Shown piece by piece: positions 56,743 to 64,000 of a stretch of 64,000 nt of DNA. A model generated the notes under the pieces. The model saw only the letters and a program-made list of their open reading frames with translations. It was not told where the DNA came from and did no database searches. Origin of the DNA: Prochlorococcus sp. AG-388-B05 (GTDB taxonomy: Bacteria; Cyanobacteriota; Cyanobacteriia; PCC-6307; Cyanobiaceae). The stretch covers positions 6,037-70,036 of the forward strand of contig QCGM01000008.1 in assembly GCA_003279925.1 (NCBI GenBank), given 5' to 3'. A program made the position numbers and the translations under genes. Each line of letters begins with the position of its first letter. The first letter of the stretch is position 1.

Positions 56743-57917
56743 ATAGAAAGATATTCATTAGTACTGGAGAAGTTTCAGGGGATTTGCATGGAGGTTTATT
56801 AGCTAATGCCTTATTTAATGAAGCTAAAAAAAAATCTATAGATTTAGAAATTTGTGGATTAGGCGGGGCAAGGATGAAGAAAGAAGGTGTACAAATTCTT
56901 CAAGATACTACGTCAATTAGTGCAATAGGAATTTGGGAGGCTTTACCCCTTATTCTTCCAACAATAAGAATTCAAAGAAGATTTTATAAATTACTAAAAA
57001 AATATCCTCCTGATTGTCTGATTTTGATTGACTATATGGGCCCTAATATTAATATTGGTGCTAAATTAAAAAGATCGAGAAATAATATTCCAATTTACTA
57101 CTACATAGCTCCCCAAGAATGGGCTTGGAGAGTTGGTAACAATAGCACTACAAATTTAATTAATTTTTCTGATAAAATTTTTGCGATTTTTAAGCAAGAA
57201 GCAATTTTTTATAGAAGGAGGGGTGGAAATGTTTCTTGGGTTGGACATCCAATGCTTGATTTAACGAAAAAACTACCTTCCAAGAAATGTTCTAGAACAA
57301 TTCTAAAACTTAAAGCAAATCAAAATATCTTGCTTTTAATGCCTGCATCAAGACCACAAGAGTTGAAATATATATTGCCCACCTTTTTAAAAACTGCCAA
57401 AAAATTACAATTAAGATATCCAAGTCTCTTAGTTTATATTCCATCTTGTAGGAGTATTTTTGATGAAAAATTTAGACAGGGTTTAGAAAAATATGAAATT
57501 AAAGGGAAGGTTATTTCTCAACAAGATAATTCTAAATTTATGCCTTACATTTATTCATTAACGAAACTGGCTTTGTGCAAATCAGGCACAGTTAATATGG
57601 AATTGGCTTTATATGGAATACCACAGATTATTGGATATAGAGTAAGTAGAGTTACTGCTTTTATTGCTAAAAGAATTCTCAATTTTAAAGTAAGGTTTAT
57701 TTCGCCTGTGAATCTTTTAGTAAAAAAATTTATAATACCTGAGTTTGTCCAGAAAAATTTTAATGAAAAGAAAATTTTTTTTAAAGCTTGCAGGCTTCTC
57801 GATCTGACATCAGAAAAAGTAAAAATCAAAAAAGGGTATACTCTTTTAAGAAAAGAATTAGGCGAGGAAGGAGTAGTTGATAGAGCGGCAAAAGAAATTA
57901 TTAATTCTATTATTTGA
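56739..57917 (+). CDS. lpxB: lipid-A-disaccharide synthase
   Basis: 392 aa. IFISTGEVSGDLHG and the GT19 pattern are present. It overlaps lpxA by 4 nt. Confidence 0.9.
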   Translation: MNRKIFISTGEVSGDLHGGLLANALFNEAKKKSIDLEICGLGGARMKKEGVQILQDTTSISAIGIWEALPLILPTIRIQRRFYKLLKKYPPDCLILIDYMGPNINIGAKLKRSRNNIPIYYYIAPQEWAWRVGNNSTTNLINFSDKIFAIFKQEAIFYRRRGGNVSWVGHPMLDLTKKLPSKKCSRTILKLKANQNILLLMPASRPQELKYILPTFLKTAKKLQLRYPSLLVYIPSCRSIFDEKFRQGLEKYEIKGKVISQQDNSKFMPYIYSLTKLALCKSGTVNMELALYGIPQIIGYRVSRVTAFIAKRILNFKVRFISPVNLLVKKFIIPEFVQKNFNEKKIFFKACRLLDLTSEKVKIKKGYTLLRKELGEEGVVDRAAKEIINSII

Positions 57918-57930
57918 AATTTATAATGTA

Positions 57931-58536
57931 ATGATGAAACTTTTTTTACCTTTAATAATTGCTTTTTCAATTTTAATTAACCCTTTAAATTCCCTTGCAG
58001 AAGAATTGATTCTTGCGGGAGGCTGTTTTTGGTGTTTAGAACATGACTTAGAGTCTTTAAAAGGAATTAATTCTGTAGAAAGTGGATACTCAGGAGGGGA
58101 TTTACAAAATCCTTCATACGAAAATCATGAAGGGCATCAGGAAGTGGTTTTGGTTAACTATGATTCCCAACTGGTAAGTTTACCAGAGATACTTAGACTC
58201 TATTTCAGAAATATTGATCCTATGGATGGTAAGGGGCAATTTTGTGATCGTGGAGATTCTTATAGGCCAGTGATTTTTTTCAAAGATGAAACTGAGGAAA
58301 GTGATGCAAACAATGCAATTGTTTCGGCCTCTAATGAGTTGCGAGTGCCATTAGAAAAAATATCTGTAGAACTAAAATCAAAAGGTCAATTTTGGTTGGC
58401 CGAAGAATATCATCAGGATTTTGCTGAGAGAAATGAATTGAAATATAAGTTTTATAGATTCTCATGTGGGAGAGATCAGAGGTTGGATAAATTATGGGGG
58501 GATAACGCTAGGTCAACAAATCTTTGGACTGAGTGA
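57931..58536 (+). CDS. msrA: peptide-methionine (S)-S-oxide reductase with an N-terminal signal peptide
   Basis: The GGCFWCLE active site is present. I prefer the ATG at 57931 (MMKLFLPLIIAFSIL...), downstream of the lpxB stop, over the track start at 57877. Confidence 0.9.
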   Translation: MMKLFLPLIIAFSILINPLNSLAEELILAGGCFWCLEHDLESLKGINSVESGYSGGDLQNPSYENHEGHQEVVLVNYDSQLVSLPEILRLYFRNIDPMDGKGQFCDRGDSYRPVIFFKDETEESDANNAIVSASNELRVPLEKISVELKSKGQFWLAEEYHQDFAERNELKYKFYRFSCGRDQRLDKLWGDNARSTNLWTE

Positions 58537-58548
58537 TTTTAAAAATAG

Positions 58549-60021
58549 TTATTTATTTTTAATCCATTGAACAAGAGTTTTAACTCCAAAACCGGTTGCA
58601 CCTGATGGATTAATCCCCTTATTCTTATCAGTCCAGCAAGTCCCAGCAATATCAATATGAGCCCATTTAATATCTGTATCAAAGAATTCCTCTAAAAACA
58701 AAGCAGCTGTTATAGACCCACCTGCTCTAGGGCCTGTATTTTTCATATCAGCTATATGAGACTTTAACCCTTCTTTATAAGATTTTTGTAAAGGCATTTG
58801 CCATAATTCTTCTCCAGCTTGGGATGATGCAGCTTTTAGATCATTTGCTAGATCATCATTATTGCTCCAGAATCCAGCTACATCATTCCCTAATGCAACA
58901 ACAATAGCTCCTGTTAAAGTGGCGAGATCTATTATTGAATCCGGTTTTAAATTGGATGCATAAGTTAAAGCATCAGCTAATGTGAGTCTACCCTCTGCAT
59001 CAGTGTTATTTATTTCAATTGTCTTACCGTTAGATGCCTTAACTACATCTCCTGGATGTACGGCAGATCCATTTATCATGTTTTCGCAAGCTGCCACAAT
59101 AAAATGTATTTCTAGTCCCTTTGGTTTTATTGCTCCAAGTGCTTTTGCTGCTCCTAAAACTGCAGCGCTTCCGCCCATATCATATTTCATCATTTCAATT
59201 TGAGAGGCTCCTACCTTTAGGTTGTATCCTCCAGAATCAAAGGTTAAACCCTTCCCAACAAGTGCAATCTTTTCTTTTATAGGCCCCTCTGACTTCAAAG
59301 TAAGATGTATAAATTTAGGATCTAGATCAGAACCTTTTGCTACAGCTAAATATGCACCCATTCCTAAATCTTCACATTCTTTTGCCTCTAAAATTTTTAC
59401 TTCCAAACCATGATCTTTAGCTATTTTAGAAGCTTGCATAGACATTTCTTGGGGCGTAAGACTATTTGGAGGGGCGGCTACAAGTCTTCTCGCTAGTTCT
59501 ACACCTTCACATATTTTTTCTGTATCTTCAAAGCTGATATTCTCAAGTTTTTTTAAATTCAAAAACTCTATTTCTTTAAGAACTTTCTTTTCATCTTTTT
59601 TCTTATTGAATCTATTGTCTTTATAAGCAGATAATCTTGCTGACTCTGCTAATTGATTTATTTCTAGTTGCGAATTTATTAATTCCCAAGGTAGCAAGAT
59701 GCTGATTTTTTCATTTTTATCAACAGTTTTCCTAATAAGATTTCCTATGGAGTTTTCTATATCACTTTTATGTAGGTCTCTCGATTTGCCAAGACCAACT
59801 ATGATTAAAGTTTCTACTTTTTGATCTAAGAATTCAAAGCTTAAAGTTTTTCCTTTTTCTCCTTTGAAATTTTTTTGAGTAACTTTTTTTAATAATAATT
59901 TTGGGTCAACAACAAATTTTATGTTTTCGAGTTGGCTGGCAATTTCTTCCTCTAAAACTCCAAAAATTAATGAAGCACCTTGCCAGTTATCTAGATTTTT
60001 TTGGAATGTGGAAAATTGCAT
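58549..60021 (-). CDS. pepA: leucyl aminopeptidase (M17)
   Basis: 490 aa. [15 protein letters not shown] and NTDAEGRL are the M17 signatures. Confidence 0.95.
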   Translation of the reverse strand: MQFSTFQKNLDNWQGASLIFGVLEEEIASQLENIKFVVDPKLLLKKVTQKNFKGEKGKTLSFEFLDQKVETLIIVGLGKSRDLHKSDIENSIGNLIRKTVDKNEKISILLPWELINSQLEINQLAESARLSAYKDNRFNKKKDEKKVLKEIEFLNLKKLENISFEDTEKICEGVELARRLVAAPPNSLTPQEMSMQASKIAKDHGLEVKILEAKECEDLGMGAYLAVAKGSDLDPKFIHLTLKSEGPIKEKIALVGKGLTFDSGGYNLKVGASQIEMMKYDMGGSAAVLGAAKALGAIKPKGLEIHFIVAACENMINGSAVHPGDVVKASNGKTIEINNTDAEGRLTLADALTYASNLKPDSIIDLATLTGAIVVALGNDVAGFWSNNDDLANDLKAASSQAGEELWQMPLQKSYKEGLKSHIADMKNTGPRAGGSITAALFLEEFFDTDIKWAHIDIAGTCWTDKNKGINPSGATGFGVKTLVQWIKNK

Positions 60022-60045
60022 TTGTAGAACGGATTTAATTAACTT

Positions 60046-60657
60046 TTAGTTGTTTGTGAAAGTAGTGGCCCACCTATCTCGAGTTTCTTTATTAAAAGGT
60101 GGTAACCATAAATATATCAGTTGCTGTTCTAATTTACGTCTTAATTTTACTTCTTTAGGAACATCTAAGAAGAAACGAATATCTTGATGACTTGAGAGGT
60201 CGTTATGAGCTAGAGCTTCTTTATAGTTCATGAGGTAATTTTTACAGTCATGTTCTCCCTTCCATCTTTTATTTGCTAAATTTGTTTCTCCTATATAAAG
60301 AATTATTTTAGAACTCTCCATCGAGTCAATTACAAAATACATTGCTGGGCCATTGTGTATATATTGATTGGTTCTCCAAAAGTTCAATGATAATGGTTGA
60401 AGGGCAAACGGATCAATTTTTCTTTCAATGGAAGTTTTATTTATAGGAAGACTAGTTTGGCGAAAAGTTTTATTGTTAGTATCTTTTGAAATTTTGAATT
60501 GGTGATTATGGATTCTATTTCTCCATTTAGTTAGGATTTCACCTTTGATTTTGAGATTATTTGAGTGTTGAAAATTAATTGATGTATTTACATTTGAGCC
60601 AAATAATTCAAATTGTCTATTTTGGTTTGAAATATTATTTACGTTGAATTTTTCCAA
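60046..60657 (-). CDS. conserved hypothetical protein, possibly GIY-YIG-like
   Basis: 203 aa. ILYIGET...R...EH...E..LI are weak GIY-YIG-like spacings; I recognise this with low certainty. Confidence 0.45.
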   Translation of the reverse strand: MEKFNVNNISNQNRQFELFGSNVNTSINFQHSNNLKIKGEILTKWRNRIHNHQFKISKDTNNKTFRQTSLPINKTSIERKIDPFALQPLSLNFWRTNQYIHNGPAMYFVIDSMESSKIILYIGETNLANKRWKGEHDCKNYLMNYKEALAHNDLSSHQDIRFFLDVPKEVKLRRKLEQQLIYLWLPPFNKETRDRWATTFTNN

Positions 60658-60788
60658 TATTTATGAAACATGTCTACTAAATTTAATTCTGAAATAATAT
60701 AAATCAAAGAATTATTTATAAACTAAAATTTATTAATGTACTAATCAATTCAAAAGATTCTTGTTATGGTGTAATTGAGCCTTTATTC

Positions 60789-61133
60789 TTGCGAAGTAAA
60801 CAGATAGAAATGGGATTTTTTGAGTCAGACATCGTTCAAGAAGAAGCTAAAAAGCTTTTTACAGACTACCAAGAACTTATGAAACTTGGTTCTGATTATG
60901 GAAAATTTGACAGAGAAGGGAAAAAAATGTTTATAAAAAAAATGGAATCTCTTATGGATCGTTATAAGGTTTTTATGAAGAGATTTGAATTGTCAGAAGA
61001 TTTTCAAGCAAAAATGACAGTAGAACAATTAAAGACACAGTTAAGTCAATTTGGGATTACTCCTGATCAAATGTTCGAACAGATGAATAAAACTTTAATA
61101 AGAATGAAGGATGAACTTGATAAAACTTCTTAA
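60789..61133 (+). CDS. conserved cyanobacterial hypothetical protein (DUF1825-like)
   Basis: 114-aa helical protein beginning FFESDIVQEEAKKLF. The family assignment is from memory only. Confidence 0.5.
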   Translation: MRSKQIEMGFFESDIVQEEAKKLFTDYQELMKLGSDYGKFDREGKKMFIKKMESLMDRYKVFMKRFELSEDFQAKMTVEQLKTQLSQFGITPDQMFEQMNKTLIRMKDELDKTS

Positions 61134-61152
61134 AAATAAGGGTTAAAGCTTT

Positions 61153-62391
61153 ATGTCAGATAATTTAATATTGCCATCATGGCTATCAAGAGGAATAGAA
61201 GAATATTTCCCAATTGAAGGAAAAGATCAAACTTTTTCGGAGATAATTGATCATGCGAAAAAAAATAATAAAAAATTAAGGGTTAAACTTGGAATCGATC
61301 CAACTGGAACAGATATTCACCTTGGGCATAGTATATTGTTTAAAAAACTTAGGGCATTCCAAGATAATGGACATATTGCAGTTTTAATTATTGGGGATTT
61401 TACTGCTCAAATTGGAGACCCAACCGGAAAAAGTAAAACAAGAGTGCAGTTATCGGAAAAGCAAGTTAAAGATAATGCAAAAACATATTTAACCCAACTA
61501 GGAATGGGTAAGCCAGCTAATGAATCTATTTTAGATTTTGATTCAAAAGATAGAATAGAAATTAGATATAACAGTGAATGGTTAAAAGGATTAAATCTTA
61601 ATTCGATAATTGAATTAATGGGGAGTGCAACAGTTAGTCAAATGCTAGCTAAGGAAGAGTTTAATAAAAGGTACACTTCACAAGTCCCAATTGCTTTGCA
61701 TGAATTCTTATATCCACTATTACAAGGTTACGATTCGGTAGTTGTTCAATCAGATATTGAGCTTGGCGGTACAGATCAGAAATTTAATATTGCAATAGGA
61801 AGAGATCTTCAAAAGTATTTTAAACAAGAACCTCAATTCGGTGTTCTGTTGCCAATTTTGACAGGTTTAGATGGAATTAAGAAGATGAGTAAATCTGAAT
61901 TTAACACCGTCGGTTTGACTGATGATCCTCTTTCAATGTATTCAAAATTAGAAAAAGTACCCGATATGATAATACCTACCTATTTTGAATTACTTACTGA
62001 ATTAGATTTAAGTTTTCAAGAAAACTTAAATCCTCGAGAATTACAGAAAAAAATGGCTTTAGAAGTTACTACTTTATTCCATGGAGTTGAAGAAGCATTA
62101 AAGGCGCAATCAAACTGCGAAAAATTATTCCTTGGAGATAAAGAAAAAGTTGGAGAAATTCCAGAGATTTCATTAAAAGAAATAGTTTTTCCAGTTAAGT
62201 TCTTTTACTTGCTAAGTGCTCTAAAATTTTTCAAATCTAGCAGCGAATCCAAAAGATCTATTAAAGGTGGGGGCGTAAAAATTGATAGTCAGAAAATAAT
62301 AAATCCTGATTTAGTTTTTGATTCAAAAAATGATTTGGAAGGAAAAATATTGCAAATTGGAAAAAAAATAGTTAAAAGGTTTGAGAATTAA
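61153..62391 (+). CDS. tyrS: tyrosine--tRNA ligase
   Basis: 412 aa. The class I motifs HLGH and KMSKS are present, with a C-terminal S4-like domain. Confidence 0.95.
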   Translation: MSDNLILPSWLSRGIEEYFPIEGKDQTFSEIIDHAKKNNKKLRVKLGIDPTGTDIHLGHSILFKKLRAFQDNGHIAVLIIGDFTAQIGDPTGKSKTRVQLSEKQVKDNAKTYLTQLGMGKPANESILDFDSKDRIEIRYNSEWLKGLNLNSIIELMGSATVSQMLAKEEFNKRYTSQVPIALHEFLYPLLQGYDSVVVQSDIELGGTDQKFNIAIGRDLQKYFKQEPQFGVLLPILTGLDGIKKMSKSEFNTVGLTDDPLSMYSKLEKVPDMIIPTYFELLTELDLSFQENLNPRELQKKMALEVTTLFHGVEEALKAQSNCEKLFLGDKEKVGEIPEISLKEIVFPVKFFYLLSALKFFKSSSESKRSIKGGGVKIDSQKIINPDLVFDSKNDLEGKILQIGKKIVKRFEN

Positions 62392-62397
62392 AATTAA

Positions 62398-63117
62398 ATG
62401 AATAAAATTAATCCAGAAGAAAAAATAATTTTAGCTATTGACGGATTAGACATACATCAAGCAAAAGTCTTTCTTACGAGATGTCCAAATATAAAATGGG
62501 TAAAAGTTGGATTAGAACTTTTCACGAGGGAGGGACCTAGTGTAATTAAAATTTTGAAAAATTTAGAAAAAAGAATTTTCTTAGATCTTAAATTTCACGA
62601 TATTCCGAATACTATGAGCGCTGCTTGTTATGAGGTGTCCAAACTAGGAGTTGATATTATTTCTGTTCATGCTTCAGCAGGATCTAAAGCTCTTACTGAA
62701 GCAAAAAAGGCATCTATAGAAGGAGCAAAAACAGCTAATGTAAATGATCCTTATGTTATAGGGATAACTGTTTTAACTAGCTTATCTAGTAAGGAATTCC
62801 AAACTGATCTTGATAGAAAAAACTCAATTGAGGAAAATGTTATCAGGCTTGCAAAATTGTCTTTTGATGCTGGATTAGATGGATGCGTTTGTTCCCCTTT
62901 GGAGGCAAAAATATTGAGATCAATGTATAAAAATAATTTCGAATTAATTACACCTGGTATTAGGACAAATATTCAAAAAAAAGATGATCAAAATAGAATA
63001 ATGACTCCTTATGAAGCAATAAGTAATGGAGCTTCTAAATTGGTTATTGGAAGAGCTATCACGAAAGCTAAAGATCCCAATAAGGCTTTTTTGGATATCT
63101 GCGAGTCTATTTGTTAA
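62398..63117 (+). CDS. pyrF: orotidine 5'-phosphate decarboxylase
   Basis: 239 aa with [18 protein letters not shown] and a C-terminal VIGRAIT. Confidence 0.9.
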   Translation: MNKINPEEKIILAIDGLDIHQAKVFLTRCPNIKWVKVGLELFTREGPSVIKILKNLEKRIFLDLKFHDIPNTMSAACYEVSKLGVDIISVHASAGSKALTEAKKASIEGAKTANVNDPYVIGITVLTSLSSKEFQTDLDRKNSIEENVIRLAKLSFDAGLDGCVCSPLEAKILRSMYKNNFELITPGIRTNIQKKDDQNRIMTPYEAISNGASKLVIGRAITKAKDPNKAFLDICESIC

Positions 63118-63703
63118 TATCGTTTATCTTTGATTCTTCTCCTTTAAGTAATCGTCTAATATTTGTTCTATGCTTCCAAATAACTAATATTGATACAACT
63201 AAACTAATTAAGAAGTAAGGATGATTGGTAAATCCGATATCTAAAAACATCATTAATGGTAAAAAAAATGCAGCTGAGATACTCGATAAAGAGACTATCT
63301 TAGATTTTGCAAGAATTATTAAAAAAATTCCCAGTGATGCAAATCCTACTTTCCAAGAGAGAGCAATAAACATTCCTAAACCTGTCGCTACTGCCTTCCC
63401 ACCTTTTCCTTTTAACCATATTGGCCAAATATGTCCTGAAATAGCAGCAATCCCTGCTAAAACTTCAATTAAGTTTTGATTTGTATAATGTTGAGCAATC
63501 TTAACAGCAATAAGACCTTTGCCTACATCAATAATAAAAACAAAAAAAGCAGGCCATTTCCCCACGTTTCTTAAAACATTAGTTGCCCCGGTTGATCCAG
63601 ATCCTGTAAGTCTTAAATCAATATTTTTTAGAAATTTACCAAATAAGAATCCTGTTGGGAGTGATCCTAAAAAATAACTTATAGAAATAATTAAAATATG
63701 CAT
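63107..63703 (-). CDS. plsY: glycerol-3-phosphate acyltransferase PlsY
   Basis: 198 aa. [12 protein letters not shown] and [17 protein letters not shown] are present. Confidence 0.9.
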   Translation of the reverse strand: MHILIISISYFLGSLPTGFLFGKFLKNIDLRLTGSGSTGATNVLRNVGKWPAFFVFIIDVGKGLIAVKIAQHYTNQNLIEVLAGIAAISGHIWPIWLKGKGGKAVATGLGMFIALSWKVGFASLGIFLIILAKSKIVSLSSISAAFFLPLMMFLDIGFTNHPYFLISLVVSILVIWKHRTNIRRLLKGEESKINDINK

Positions 63704-63708
63704 AGAAG

Positions 63709-63990
63709 TTAATTTAGTTCAAGATCATCATAAATTTCATCATTTGAGCCTGCGAAGGCAAGCCATAATGGAAATTGAAGAATTGGTATTTCTACAGATG
63801 TTTCAGCTGCATCCACAATAATAAATGGCAATTCTTCATTAGCCTCTAATCTGTCAGCTCTTTCTATAACGCCTTCTGGTCTTTCAAAAAGAACAATGCC
63901 GCTATTAGGTCCAAAATCATCTCTTGTAAGACCTAAGGAGTCTTGTAAAACTCTCCTCCACTCTCCTAATCTCTCAGGCTGAGAAGCCAA
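63709..63990 (-). CDS. hypothetical acidic protein, possibly truncated by the window edge
   Basis: The track ORF runs to within 10 nt of the window end, so the true start may lie outside. Confidence 0.4.
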   Translation of the reverse strand: MASQPERLGEWRRVLQDSLGLTRDDFGPNSGIVLFERPEGVIERADRLEANEELPFIIVDAAETSVEIPILQFPLWLAFAGSNDEIYDDLELN

Positions 63991-64000
63991 TATTAGAGTT

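Noticed and set aside
57877-57930. Track start of msrA at 57877, overlapping lpxB by 41 nt.
   Set aside because: The first 18 codons overlap lpxB and precede an ATG-ATG followed by a typical signal peptide (MMKLFLPLIIAFSIL...). I prefer the start at 57931.

Overview
AT-rich window (about 30% GC by eye, not computed). It reads as a chromosome segment from a high-light-adapted Prochlorococcus-type marine picocyanobacterium. The pointers are kaiB-kaiC with no kaiA, tandem hli genes, an RRM-type RNA-binding protein and many micro-ORFs; this assignment is an inference from gene content. From about 35.6 to 64 kb lies a conserved core block. It contains tRNA-Val, an S4-domain protein, serA, prmA, petF, a pentapeptide-repeat protein, rnz, a SpoIID/LysM protein and truB. 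It continues with rpmA-rplU, kaiB-kaiC, an NblS/Hik33-like histidine kinase translationally coupled to purD, and purC. It ends with omp85/bamA-lpxC-fabZ-lpxA-lpxB, msrA, pepA, tyrS, pyrF and plsY. From 1 to about 35.6 kb the region is flexible and rich in stress-related genes, with a few core genes (lptF/G-type permease, murD) interspersed. It carries a 2OG-Fe(II) oxygenase, two DesA-like desaturases, an SRAP (MCGRF) protein, a HAD hydrolase and a LOG-family protein. It also carries two SDR reductases, a pirin, a GAF sensor, DoxX, a PNPOx-like protein, an adenylation-only NAD-ligase-like gene and a photolyase FAD-domain-only gene. About 30 ORFs in this region are shorter than 80 aa, and several fall into paralogous families. 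I saw no rRNA, CRISPR, transposase, integrase or recognisable defence system. The most unusual content sits in the 3.2-7.65 kb gene-sparse segment. It holds two roughly 100-nt sRNA-like elements that share a covarying hairpin with a conserved loop. An exact 12-mer, AGTATAAATACT, occurs three times in intergenic DNA and has many near-copies close to promoters. Tandem hli genes overlap by TAATG. All calls come from reading the sequence and ORF translations; no searches were run.
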